From Squalus acanthias (lineage: Eukaryota), in NCBI GenBank assembly GCA_030390025.1, contig CM059431.1, positions 152,398,001-152,462,000 of the forward strand: 64,000 nucleotides of DNA, given 5' to 3'. The position numbers were made by a program, and so were the translations under genes. The first letter of the stretch is position 1. Each line of letters opens with the position of its first letter. Under the pieces are notes generated by a model that was not told the origin of the DNA, made no database searches, and saw nothing but the letters and a program-made list of their open reading frames with translations. Positions 12,303 to 24,650 of this stretch are shown piece by piece.

Positions 12303-12624
12303 CGGTTCTCCATCGGCTCCTCACCCTCTTCGGAACGCCCCCCGGTCGGCTCGGCTCCGCTGAAGGTGAAGGAGATGCAGCTCCGCCGGCGGGGATATTC
12401 CGACTTGCGCCTGCGTTGCGCCGGGGCAGCCCCGGGCCGGGCCCTGTGGCGGTTTCTGCTGCCGCTGCTCGCGCCCCCGCAGGCTGGCCGTGGCCCCCTT
12501 CGCCGGCTCGGCCTCGCCCTGGCCCCAGCCTGCCAGTCGGCGCGGTCCCAATCTGCCTCCTGGCACAGCACTGCCTCCTCTACCAGCTGCTCCTGCTCAC
12601 CTACGATCAGGATCCTCCGCTTCG
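12303..12624 (-). CDS. ZFP91: ZFP91-like N-terminal exon (322 bp, phase 1-2); orphan, with no downstream zinc-finger exons seen
   Basis: Pyrimidine-rich acceptor ..ctcgttcccag| and donor CG|gtaggt. Open frame KRRILIVGEQEQLVEEAV...AQRRRKSEYPRRRSC resembles the ZFP91 N-terminal motif SRRRKAEYPRRRR. CpG-rich. Confidence 0.62.
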
Positions 12625-13659
12625 CTGGGAACGAGAGGGGGGAGAAAGAGAGAGAGACGGCCCATTAATACCGGCACAGGAGAGACCCTGGGACACACGA
12701 GAATCAATGGGCATGGCCGTCAATCCAAGCACTGGGTACATCTCGGAGCACCCGATCATAGAGACATCACAGACTCTGGTGAGTGGGCAACATCCTGCAG
12801 TATTTATTCAGAGTCTCTCACAGACCCCAGTGAATGAGGGGGAATATCCTGCAGTATTTATTCAGTGTCTCTCACAGACCCCAGTGAATGAGGGGAATAT
12901 CCTGCAGTATTTATTCAGAGTCTCACAGACCCCAGTGAATGAGGGGAATATCCAGCAGTATTTATTCAGAATCTCTCAGACCCCGGTGATTGAGGGGGAA
13001 TATCCTGCAGTATTTATTCAGAATCTCTCAGACCCCAGTGAACGAGGGGAATATCCTGCAGTATTTATTCAGTCTCACAGACCCCAGTGAATGAGGGGAA
13101 TATCCTGCAGTATTTATTCAGGGTCTTGTCCGACATCCACTATTGGATGAGCAGAAATTTCCTCCACCTAAATACTGGGAAGACCGAAGCCCTTGTCTTT
13201 TAAAATTCTCATCCTTGATTTCAAAATCACTCCATGGCTTCGCCCCTCCCCATTTCTAATCTCCTCCAGTCCTGCAACCCTCCAAGATATCTGCGCTCTG
13301 CCAATTCTGGCCTCTTGAGCATCCTCGATTTTAATCACTCCACCATTGGTGACCTTGTCTTCAGCTGCCAAGGCCCCCAAGCTCTGGAATTCCCTCCCTA
13401 AACCTCTCCACCTCTCCTACTTGAAGACTCTCCTTAAAAGCTAGCTCACTGACCAAGCTTTTGGTCACCTGCCCTAATATCTCATGTGGCATGGTGTCAA
13501 AATTTGTTTGATAACACGCCTGTAAAGCACCTTCAAACATTTTACAATGTTAAAGGCGTTATATAAAGACAAATTGTTGTCGTATCACAGACCCTGGTGA
13601 GTCAGGAACATCCTGCTGTATTTATTCAGGGTCTCTCAAGGAGCCTGGTGAGTGGGCTT

Positions 13660-16362
13660 AATTTTTTTTTTTTTAATTCATTCCTGGGATGTGGGCATCG
13701 CTGGCAAGGCCAGCATTTATTGCCCATCCCTTGAGAAGGTGGTGGTGAGCTGCCTTCTTGAACCGCTGCAGTCCGTGTGGTGAAGGTACTCCCACAGTGC
13801 TGTTAGGAGAGAATTCCAGGATTTTGACCCAGTGACGATAAAGGATCAGCGATATATGTCCAAGTCAGGATGGTGTGTAACTTGGAGGGGAACTTGCAGG
13901 TGGTGGTGTTCCCACGTGCCTGCTGCCCTTGTCCTTCTAGGTGGTAGAGGTCACGGGTTTGGGAGGTGCTGCCGAAGAAGTCTTGGCGAGTTGCTGCAGT
14001 GCATCTTGCAGACGGTACACTCTGCAGCCACGGTGCGCCGATGGTGGAGGGGGTGAATTTTTAAGGTGGTGGATAGGGTGCCAATCAAGCGGGCTGCTTT
14101 GTCCTGGATGGTGTCGAGCTTCTTGAGTGTTGTTGGAGCTGCACTCATCCAGGCAAGTGAAGAGTATTCCATCACACTCCTCACTTGTGCCTTGCAGATG
14201 GTGGAAAGGCTTTGGGGAGTCAGGAGGTGAGACACTCGCCGCAGAATACCCAGCCTCTGACCTGCTCTTGTGGCCACAGTATTTATGTGGCTGGTCCAGT
14301 TAAGTTTCTGGTCAATAGTGACCCCCAGGATGTTGATGGTGGGGGATTCGGCGATGGTAATTCCATGGAATGTCAAGGGACAGTGATTAGACGCGCTCTT
14401 TTTGGAGGTAGTCATTGCCTGGCACTTGTGTGGTGCTAATGTTACTTGCCACTATCAGGCCAAGCCAGAATGTCATCCAGGTCTTGCTGCATTCGGGCAT
14501 GGACTGCTTCATTATGTGAGGAGTTGCTAATGGAACTGAACACTGTGCAATCATCAGCGAACATCCCCATTTCTGGCCTTATGATGGAGGGAAAGTCATG
14601 GCTGATAGAAACATAGAAGATAGGAGCAGAAGTAGGCCATTCGGCCCCCTCGAGCCTACTCCGCCATTCGATGAGATCATGGCTGATCATCCAAACTCAG
14701 TACCCTGTACCTGCCTGCTCCCCATATCCCTTGATACCTTTAGCTTTAAGAAATATATCTAACTCATTCTTCAATATATTTAATGACTTGGCCTCAACTA
14801 CCTTCTGTGGTAGAGAATTCCACAGGTTCACCACTCTCTGGGTGAAGAAATTCTTCCTCATTTCTGTCCTAAATGGCTTACCCCTTATCCTTAGATTATG
14901 ACCCCTGGTTCTGGACTCTCCGACCATCGGGAACATTCTTCCTGCATCTAGTTTGTCCAGACCTGTCAGAATTTTATATGTTTCGATGAGATCCCCTCTC
15001 ATTCTTCTATACTCCAGCAAGTTAAGCCCAATCGACCCAATCTCTCCTCATATGTCATTCCTGCCATCCCAGGTATCAGCCTTGTGAATCTTCGCTGAAC
15101 TTCTTCCATGGCAAGAACATCCTTCCTCAGATAAAGCGACCAAAACTGCACACAGTACTCAAGGTGTGGTCTCACCAAGGCCCTGTACAACTGCAGCAAG
15201 ACATCCTTGTTCCTGTACTCAAACCCTCTCGCTATGAAGGCCAACATACCATTTGCCTTCTTCACCGCCTGCTGCACCTGCATTCTTACCTTCAGCGACT
15301 GGTGCACAAGGACACCCAGGTCTCGTTGCACTTCCCCGTCTCCCAATCTATTGCCATTCAGATAATAGTCTGCCTTTCTGTTTTTGACACCAAAGTGGAT
15401 AACCTCGCATTTATCCACGTTATATTGCATCTGCCACGCTTCTGCCCACTCACCCAACCTGTCCAAATCATCCTGGAGTTTCTCGGTATCCTCCTCGCAG
15501 CACACACGCCCACCCAGCTTTGTGTCATCTGCAAACTTGGAGATATTACATTTAGTTCCCTTATCTAGATCATTTATGTATATTGTGAATAGCTGGGGTA
15601 CCGATCCCTGCGGTACCCCACTAGTCACTGCCTGCCACTCGGAAAAAGACCCATTAATTCCTACTCTCTGCTTTCTGTCCGCCAACCAGTTCTCTATCCA
15701 AGTCAATACCTTGCCCACAGCGCCTCAGGGATGCCCAGTTTTGAGCTGCTAGATCTGTTCTGAATCAATCCCATTTAGCACGGTGATAGTGCCACACAAC
15801 ATGAGGGTGTCCTCAGTGTGAAGATGGGATTTCGTCTCCACAAGGATTGTGCGGTGGTCACTGCTAACAATGCTGTCATGGACAGATGCATCTGCTACAG
15901 GTAGATTGTGAGGACAAGTTCAAGTAGGTTTTTCCCCTCATGTTGGTTCTCTCACCACCTGCCGCAGTCAGAGTCTGGCAGCCATGTCCTTCAGGATTCG
16001 GCCAGCTCGGTCAGTAGTGGTGCTTCCGAGCCACTCTTGGTGATGGACATTGAAGTCCCCCACCCAGAGTACATTCTGTGCCCTTGCTACCCTCAGTGCT
16101 TCTTCCAAGTGGTGTTCAACATGGAGGAGTACTGATTCATCAGCTGAGGGAGGGCGGTAAGTGGTAATCAGCAGGAGGTTTCCTTGCCCATGCTTGACCT
16201 GAAGCCATGAGACTTCATGGGGTCCGGAGTCAATGTTGAGGACTCCCAGGGCCACTCGCTCCTGACTGTATACCACTGTGCCGCCACCTCTGGTGGGTCT
16301 GTCCTGCCGGTGAGACTGGACATACCCAGGGATGGTGATGGAGGAGTCTGGGACATTATCCT
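13660..16362 (-). mobile_element. Non-LTR retrotransposon (CR1/L2 group, distinct family): endonuclease fragment 15720-16362 and RT/C-terminus 13660-14600
   Basis: APE motifs TTYRPPS and WVGDFNVHH; MFADDCT; QVRSVMEY; A-rich 3' end at 13660. Confidence 0.85.
14606..15717 (-). mobile_element. 5'-truncated CR1 LINE nested in another LINE
   Basis: GVPQGSV..FADD..RPHLEYCVQFW; one frameshift near 15020; tail at 14606. Confidence 0.93.
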
Positions 16363-17114
16363 GCCGTATTTGTCATGTTCTCTCAGACCCTGGTGAGTGG
16401 GGTGAATATCCTGCTGTATTTATTCAGGGTCTCCCACAGATCCTGGTGAGCAGGGAAGATCCTGCTGTATTTATTCAGGGTCTCTCAGACCCTGGTGAAT
16501 GGGGTAATATCCTGCTGTATTTATTCAGGGTTCTCTCACAGACCCTGGTGAATGGGGTGAAGATCCTGCTGTATTTATTCAGGGTTCTCTCACAGACCCT
16601 GGTGAATGGGGTGAAGATCCTGCTGTATTTATTCAGGTTCTCTCAGACCCCGGTGAGTTGGGGAATATTCAGGGGGTCTCAGAGCCTGGTAATATCCTGA
16701 AGCTCACTCTGGCAGGAGTACACCTTGACCTCGGAGTGCATGCTCCCTAGCCAACCAGTTTTCCACACCGCACCCTGTACATAGTTTGAAGGAAGACACG
16801 CACGGTATAAATTTACACCGTTACTCCTCACACTGCGTCACTGGGCTTCACAGAGCTGGGAAACTCGGGGTGTCTAAACCATCCAATCCCGATCAGTTCA
16901 CGAACACGTCTGAAAGTAAACCTGCTCCTCGACTGAAGGCTAAACAGGAGAATCTTTCAGGGCCGTGAATAAGAAGGGAGACATGGAGAGCAGGAAGCTT
17001 TAGTGTCAGCCGTGGCTCAGCGGTAACACTCTCACCTCCGAGTCAGAAGGTCGTGTGATCAAGTCCCACTCCAGAGACTTGAGCAGATAATCCAGGCCCA
17101 CACTCCCCAGTGCT

Positions 17115-17770
17115 GTACTGAGGGAGCGCCGCACTGTTGGAGGGGCAGTACTGAGGGAGCGCTGCACTGTCGGAGGGGCAGTACTGAGGGAGCACTGCAC
17201 TGTCGGAGGGGCAGTACTGAGGGAGCGCCGCACTGTCGGAGGGGCAGTACTGAGGGTGCGCTGCACTGTCGGAGGGGCAGTACTGAGGGAGCGCCGCACT
17301 GTCGGAGGGGCAGCACTGAGGGAGCGCCGCACTGTCGGAGGGGCAGTACTGAGGGAGCGCTGCACTGTCGGAGGGGCAGTACTGAGGGAGTGCTGCACTG
17401 TCAGAGGGGCAGTACTGAGGGAGCGCTGCACTGTCGGAGGGGCAGTACTGAGGGAGTGCTACACTGTCGGAGGGGCAGTACTGAGGGAGCGCTGCACTGT
17501 CGGAGGGGCAGTACTGAGGGAGTGCTACACTGTCGGAGGGGCAGTACTGAGGGAGCGCTGCACTGTCGGAGGGGCAGTACTGAGGGAGCGCTGCACTGTC
17601 GGAGGGGCAGTACTGAGGGAGTGCTACACTGTCGGAGGGGCAGTACTGAGGGTGCACTGCACTGTCGGAGGGGCAGCACTGAGGGAGCGCTACACTGTCG
17701 GAGGGGCAGTACTGAGGGAGCGCTGCCCTGTCGGAGGGGCAGCACTGAGGGAGCGCTGCCCTGTCGGAGG
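17115..17770 (+). repeat. 33-bp minisatellite expanded inside a Deu-SINE (also 6915-7114, 19610-19725, 44635-45360)
   Basis: Unit GTACTGAGGGAGCGCTGCACTGTCGGAGGGGCA; single-copy in the unexpanded SINEs at 24186 and 36578. Confidence 0.95.
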
Positions 17771-18159
17771 TGTCGTCTTTCGGATGAGACGTTAAACCGA
17801 TGCCCCCTGAGGTGGGAAGTAAAAGATCTCATGGCATTCTTCGAAGAGGAGCAGGGGTGTTCTCCCCGGTGTCCTGGCCAATATTTATCCCTCACCAAAA
17901 ATCAGATTATCTAGTCCTCATCATATTGCTGTTTGTGGGAGCTTGCTGTGCGCAATTTAGCTGCCACGTTTCCTACATTACAGCAGAGACTGTAGGTCCC
18001 GCATTGGACTCATCAGTCACCTGAGAACTGATCTTTAATGTGGAAGCAAGTCATCCTCTGTTCCGAGGGACTGCCTAAGAAAAAAACGACAACAGTGAGT
18101 ACACTTTACAGAAGTACTTCATTGGCAGTAAAGCATTGACTGAGCGCAGCGCTTCCCCA

Positions 18160-19610
18160 GTACAGCCCCAATAGGACAGCACCCACCCCAGCACTGCCCC
18201 GACAGGACAGCACCTCCCCCAGCACTGCTCCCAGATAGGACAGCACCTCTCCCAGCACTGCCCCCGACAGGACAGCACCCCACCCAGACAGGACAGCACC
18301 TCTCCCAGCACTGCCCCCGACAGGACAGCACCTCTCACAGCACTGCCCCCGACAGGACAGCACCCCACCCCACAGGACAGCACCTCCCCCAGCACTGCCC
18401 CCGACAGGACAGCACCTCCCCCAGCACTGCCCCCGACAGGACAGCACCTCCCCCAGCACTGCCCCCCCGACAGGACAGCACCCCAGCAATGCCCCCGACA
18501 GGACAGCACCTCCCCCAGCACTGCCCCCGACAGGACAGCACCTCCCCCAGCACTGCCCCCCCGAGAGGACAGCACCTCCCCTAGCACTGCCCCCGACAGG
18601 ACAGCAGCTCCCCCCAGTACTGCCCCCGACAGGACAGCACCCACCCCAGCACTGCCCCCCGACAGGACAGCACCTCCCCCAGCACTGCCCCGACAGGACA
18701 GCACCTCCCCCAGTACTGAGCCCCGACAGGACAGCACCTCCCCCAGTACTGCCCCCGACAGGACAGCACCTCCCCCAGTACTGCCCCTGACAGGACAGCA
18801 CCTCCCCCAGTACTGCCCCCAACAGGACAGCACCTCCCCTACTGCCCCCGACAGGACAGCACCCACCCCAGCACTGCCCCCGACAGAACAGCACCTCCCC
18901 CAGTACTGACCCCCGATAGGACAGCACCCACCCCAGCACTGCCCCCGACAGGACAGCACCCACCCCAGCACTGCCCCCGACAGGACAGCAGCTCCCCCAG
19001 CACTGCCCCCGACAGGACAGCACCTCCCCCAGCACTGCCCAGACAGGACAGCACCTCCCCCAGCACTGCCCCCGACAGGACAGCACCCACCCCCAGCACT
19101 GCACCCCGACAGGACAGCACCTCCCCCAGCACTGCCCCGACATGACAGCACCCACCCCCAGCACTGCCCCCGACAGGACAGCACCTCCCCCAGCACTGCC
19201 CCCGACAGGACAGCACCTCCCCCAGCACTGCCCCCCGACAGGACAGCACCTCCCCCAGCACTGCCCCCGACAGGACAGCACCTCCCCCAGCACTGCCCCG
19301 GACACGACAACACCCACCCCAGCACTGCCCCCGACAGGACAGCAACTCCCCCAGCACTGCCCCCGACAGGACAGCACCTCCCCCAACACTGCCCCCAGAT
19401 AGGACAGCACCCACCCCAGCACTGCCCCCGACAGGACAGCACCCACCCCAGCACTGCCCACCGACAGGACAGCACCTCCCCCAGCACTGCCCCAGACAGG
19501 ACAGCACCCACCCCAGCACTGCCCCCGACAGGACAGCACCTCCCCCAGCACTGCCCCAGACAGCACAGCAGCCCCCCCAGCACTGCCCCCGACAGGACAG
19601 CACCCCCGGC
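18160..19610 (-). repeat. About 32-bp G-rich minisatellite, a variant of the 33-bp SINE unit
   Basis: Minus unit GGGGAGGTGCTGTCCTGTCGGGGGCAGTGCTG. Confidence 0.95.
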
Positions 19611-20239
19611 CCCCCCGACAGTGCAGCTCCCTCCGTAGTGCAGCTCCCTCCGTACTGCCCCTCCAACAGTGCAGCACTCCCTCAGTACTGCCCCTCCGAC
19701 AGTGCAGCGCTCCCTCAGTACTGCACCGGGAATGTCAGCCTGGATTTTGGAGTGGGGGCTTGAACCCACGACCTTCGGACTGAGAGGAGAGAGTGCTACC
19801 CACTGAGCCACGGCTGACACACAAGGCTGCCAGGCGAGTGCTGGAGGGGGACAAGTGCATCAGCGCTGGAGCGACGGAGACTGGTGACGTTAGAGACATG
19901 AATTCAGCTCGGGAATCACAACAAGACACCATGGTTGAGCCTCACACAGCGGCTGGGAAAAAGGGGATGGAATCGGTGACGTGGATGCGTCGCTCGTGGT
20001 TTAAACGATGGCTTCAACCTTCCCATTGTCTGACTGGAGGAAGCTGCAGCTCATTCAAGACTAGACTTTAGACAAGCAGTCTGGACAGCACAGGGAGGGG
20101 GAGGTGGAGAGCTGGAGCTGGCTGTCACTGTGCCTGTATGAAAACAGACCCCCTTGTTTTGGTCTCCCGCTTGTGGAGGGAAGCCAGAACTAGGGGCTAT
20201 AAATAGAAGATAGTCACTACTAAATGTCCTTGTGCATGA

Positions 20240-20905
20240 AACACAAAAAGTTAGCATGCATGTACAGCAAGGCAAATGGAATGTTGGCCTTTATTGCAAG
20301 GCGGTTGGAGTATAAAAGCAAAGAAGTCCTGCTACAACTGCACAGGGCGTTGGTGAGGCCGCACCTGGAGTACTGCGCACAGTTTTGGTCTCCTTATTTA
20401 AGGAGGGATATACTTGCATTGGAGGCAGTTCAGAGAAGGTTCACGGGGTTGATTCCTGAGATGAAGGGGTTGACTTATGAAGAAAGGTTGAGCCTATACT
20501 CATTGGAGTTTAGAAGCACGAGAGGTGATCTTATCGAAACATAAGAGATACTGAGGGGGCTCGACAAGGTAGTTGCAGAAAAGATGTTTCCCCTCATGAG
20601 GGAATCTAGAACTAGGGGGCACAGTTTCAGAATAAGGAGTCGCCCATTTAAAACTGAGATGAGGAGGAATTTCTTCTCTCAGAGGGTCGTAAATCTGTGG
20701 AACACTCTGTCCCAGAGAGCTGTGGAGGCTGGGTCATTAAATACATTGAAGGTGGAGATGGACAGAGTTTTGAACAATAAGGGAGTGAAGGGTTATGGGG
20801 AGCAGGCAGGGAAATGGAGCTGAGCCCAAGATCAGCCATGATCTTATTAAATGGCGGAGCAGGCTCGAGGGGCCAAGTGGCCGACTCCTATTTCTTGTTT
20901 TCTTA
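20240..20905 (+). mobile_element. CR1 3' fragment
   Basis: KANGMLAFI..RPHLEYCAQFWSP; standard tail. Confidence 0.88.
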
Positions 20906-21967
20906 AATCCAATCGGGAATTCAGGAGAGACTTCTTTACACAGAGAGTGGTGAGAATGTGAAACTCGCTACCACAAGGAGCAGTTGAAGCGAATCGCAGA
21001 CATGCATTTAAGGGGAAACACACGAGGGAGAAAGGAATAGAAGGATTCGCCGATAGGGTGAGATAAAGAGGAGTGGGAGGAGCCTCGTGGAGCATCAACA
21101 CCGGCACGAACCAGTGGGGCCCAATGGCCTGTTTCTGGGCTGTACAATCTATACAATGATGGCACTACGGGGAAGCATGTAGATTAGGAAGAGGAGAGGG
21201 CCAAGGATAAGCTGAGGAGTAGCAAGAGTTGGGAGCAGGGATGAAGACTGTCTTGGTGCTGGGGAATGGGGAATCTAAATTATTCAACATTCAACCAACG
21301 GGTGCATTTTAAACTACTGCAACTGCAATTTGCATTTATATAGCGCCTTTAACATAGTAAAACGTCCCAAGGCGCTGCACAGGAGTGTCATCAGACAATA
21401 ATTTGACAGAGCCACATAAGGAGATATTCTTGGTCAACGAGGTAGGTTTTAAGGAGCGTCTGAAAGCAGAGAGAGGCGGAGGTGTTCAGGGTGGGAATTT
21501 CAGAGCTCAGGGCCGAGGGAACTGAAGGCACAGCCGCTAATGGTGGAGCGATTAATATCAGGGATGCTCAAGAGGCCAGAATTGGAGGAGAGCAGAGATC
21601 TTGGAGGGTTGCAGGGCTGGAGGAGGGCGAGGCCATGGAGGGATTTGAACACAAGGCTAAGAATTTTTAAAGGTCGAGGTGTTGCTGGACCGGGAGTCAA
21701 TGTAGGTCAGCGGGCACAGGGGGTGATGGGTTAAAAGGACTTGGTGCGAGTTAGGAGACCAGCAGCAGAGCTTTGGATGGGCTCAAGTTTACGGAGGGTG
21801 CAAGGCAGGAGGCCGGGCAGGAGAACACTGGAATAGGCGAGTCAAGAAGTAACAAAAGGCATGGATCAGCAAAGGCAGGGGCAAAGATGGGCGAGATTAC
21901 GGAGCATTCACAGCAACAACCGCCATTGAAATTCAGGGCCAAGACTGCTTCATAACTGTGAACATGA

Positions 21968-22128
21968 ACCCGAACAATTCCCCTAATTACAGAACCCTAA
22001 CAATTCCCCTAATTACAGAACCCTAACAATTCCCCTAATTACAGAACCCTAACAATTCCCCTAATTACAGAACCCTAACAATTCCCCTAATTACAGAACC
22101 CTAACAATTCCCCTAATTACAGAACCCT
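21968..22128 (+). repeat. 26-bp tandem repeat containing CCCTAA twice per unit
   Basis: AACCCTAACAATTCCCCTAATTACAG, about 6 copies. Confidence 0.95.
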
Positions 22129-23128
22129 CCCCCACCAATTATAGACAGGCCAACAGCAACAATCCACCAGTAATTGTGAGCATTACTGCAGTAAGATTAA
22201 AGAAGAAAAAGACTTGCATTTATATCGTGCCTTTCATGACCACCGAACGTACCAAAGCGCTTTACAAGATGAAGTACATTTTGAAGTGTCGTCTCTGTTG
22301 TAATGTGGGAAACGCGGCAGCCAATTTGCGCACAGCAAGCTCCCACAAACAGCAATGTGATAATAACCAGATAATCTGTTTTGGTGATGCTGATTGAGGG
22401 ATAAATATTGGCCCCAGGACACCGGGGAGAACTGCCCTGCTCTTCTTCGAAATAGTGCCGTGGGATCACCTGAGAGCGCAGACGGGGGACTCAGTTTAAC
22501 ATCTCATCCAAAAGACGGCACCTCCGACAGTGCAGCACTCCCTCAGCACTGCACTGCAGTCTCGGCATCGATTTGGGCTCAAGTCCCTGGAGTAGGATTT
22601 CAACCCATAACCGCATGACTTAGAGGCGAGAGTGCGATCAACTCAGCCATTGGCTGTCACAAATCAACTCCCAGCATTCGGCAAATTACTAATACACACT
22701 TTAATACGGAGTCACATTTTTTTAATAATGGCAATTAGAATTCCCAAACAATGCTATCAGTGTAGTAACAGAGCCAATATCTGGTAGGAATATTACAGCT
22801 GTACGGTAGCATTGTTTTACACCAATAGTAATGGTTAACACGTTAACCCAAAGATTTCCATGTTACACCAGGCTGATTGAGCCCAGTTCTACACTGCCAC
22901 CAATATTAACACCACAGCTCCCATTCCTGACTACTAACCCTATCTCACACTGATACTGTTACTGGGCTACAGTGCCATTATTTCTCAGTAAATGTGTCTG
23001 ATACATACAGTGCTGCTCTATTGATAGTACAATAGTGATTGTCTTCATTTGTGCTTGGTTTGATCACCTCAAGAAAGAATCTCGTCACCACCCATAAGGT
23101 GTCTGGGTCGCATTTATTACAAAGCTGG

Positions 23129-23217
23129 CGACCGCAACAAGACTCGAACCTCCAACCGACGGATAACAGTACGATTAGCACCAAAGTCAGACGCCTTATA
23201 CTTTAAGCCGTGCGGCA
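23129..23217 (-). tRNA. tRNA pseudogene, Arg(TCG)-like body, with a 16-nt insert at the canonical 37/38 intron position; anticodon now TTG
   Basis: Minus strand: TGCCGCACGGCTTAAAGTATAAGGCGTCTGACTTTGG-tgctaatcgtactgtt-ATCCGTCGGTTGGAGGTTCGAGTCTTGTTGCGGTCG. B box GGTTCGAGTC, acceptor pairing CCGCA/TGCGG, 73+16 nt. Anticodon stem is mismatched. Confidence 0.7.
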
Positions 23218-23331
23218 ACTAAGCTAATGAGTTCAAAGTGTACACCTGTACTTGAACAGATTGGAGCTTTTTTCTTTAGACAGAGGTGACCTGATAGAGG
23301 GCTTTAAGGTTATAAATCGGTTGGACAGGGA

Positions 23332-23490
23332 CAAGGTTCCCTCTAATTTTTTGGGGGGTCACACGGCCCCTTTAATGGGCTGCGCAGCCCATTCAAAAGT
23401 CCGCGGATGTGCATTTTTTTAAATCTAAAAGCAGGCTCACGGCTGCGCGGGACCTGCAGAGCGCTGCGCGGACGCTGAAAGGGAGCGTTG
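23332..23490. mobile_element. Small hAT-like MITE in a CR1 fragment
   Basis: Ends CAAGGTTCCCTCT / AAAGGGAGCGTTG; similar 8-bp flanks GACAGGGA / GACAGGAC. Confidence 0.55.
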
Positions 23491-24185
23491 GACAGGACAG
23501 ATATGGAGAGATTGTTTCCACGTGTGGAAGAATCCAAAACTACAGGCCAGAAATACAAGATAATTACTAATCAATCCAATTGGGAAATAAGGAGAAATTT
23601 CATTACTTAGAATGTGGAACTCGCTACCACAGGAAGTGGTTGAGGCAAATAGCTTAGATGCTTGCAAAAGGAAACTAGACGAGTACATGAGAGAAAAGGG
23701 AATAGAAAGATATGCTGAAAGGCTGAGATGAGGCAGATAGAATAGGAGGAGACTTGTGTGGAGTATAAACACCGGCACAGGCTAGTTAGGCCTGTATATT
23801 CGATGTAATTCTATGTAAAACGCAGGTTATTTCTGCATTTTAATTTTCACTGTTTCATTGCCAGGCAGCGCAAATAAAATTATATGTACACCATATCTTC
23901 ATGGGCTCTTGCTCGAATCTTCTTTCACCTGTCTATTCTTACACTCTACTCTATTACTGACCCTGTGTCATAGGAACAGGAGTAGGCCAATCAGCCCCTC
24001 GAGCCTGTTCCGCCATTCAATGAGATCATGGTTGATCAGTATCTTAACTCCATCCACCTGCCTTGGCTCTATATCCTTCTATAACCTTGCCTAGCAAAAA
24101 TCCAGCGATCTCAGATTTAAAATGATTAATTGAGCTAGCATCTAAAGCTTTTTGTGGGAGAGTGTTCCACACTACTACCACCACA

Positions 24186-24650
24186 GTGTCAGCTGTGGCT
24201 CAGTGGTTAGCTCACTCGCCTGAGTCAGAAGGTTGTGGGTTCAAGTCCCACTCCAGGGACTTGAGCACATCAAGCTAGGCTGACACTCCAGTGCAGTGCT
24301 GAGGGAGTGCTGCCCTGTTGGAGGTGCCATCTTTCGGATGAGACGTTAAACTGAGGCCCCGTCTGCCCTCTCGGGTGGACGTAAAAGATCCCATGGCACT
24401 ATTTCGATGAAGAGCAGGGGAGTTATCCCCGGTGTCCTGGTCCATATTTATCCCTCAATCAACATCACCAAAACAGATTGTCTGGTCATCATCACATTGC
24501 TGTTTGTGGGACCTTGCTGTGCGCAAATTGGCTGCCGCGTTTCCCACATTATAACAGTGGCTACACTCCAAAAGTACTTAATTGGCTGTAAAGCGCTTTG
24601 AGACGTCTGGTGGTCGTGAAAGGCGCTATATAAATGCAAGTCTTCCTTTC
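24186..24650 (+). mobile_element. Full-length tRNA-derived Deu-domain SINE. Further copies near 2008-2320(-), 6630-7116(-), 17005-18135(+), 22205-22660(-), 36578-37035(+), 47190-47627(-).
   Basis: A/B boxes TGGCTCAGTGG / GGTTCAAGTCC; Deu core GATGAGACGTTAAAC..AAAGATCCCATGGCAC..CCCCGGTGTCCTGG; L2-like tail GGCGCTATATAAATGCAAG. Confidence 0.85.

Larger units (their letters stand above)
12765..16700 (+). repeat. About 51-54-bp minisatellite in three blocks (12765-13125, 13585-13655, 16378-16700) separated by LINE insertions
   Basis: Unit CAGACCCYRGTGAATGRGGGAATATCCTGCWGTATTTATTCAGRGTCTCT. Confidence 0.9.

Noticed and set aside
12765..16700. Regularly spaced repeats suggesting a CRISPR-like array
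   Set aside because: Units are contiguous with no unique spacers, no cas genes, and the context is vertebrate
18075..19820. Long Gly/Cys-rich ORFs (581 and 523 aa) resembling keratin-associated or elastin-like proteins
   Set aside because: They are translations of a stop-poor minisatellite inside a SINE, open in several frames
24186..24260. tRNA-like A/B boxes (also at 7190, 17005, 36578)
   Set aside because: SINE heads, not tRNA genes
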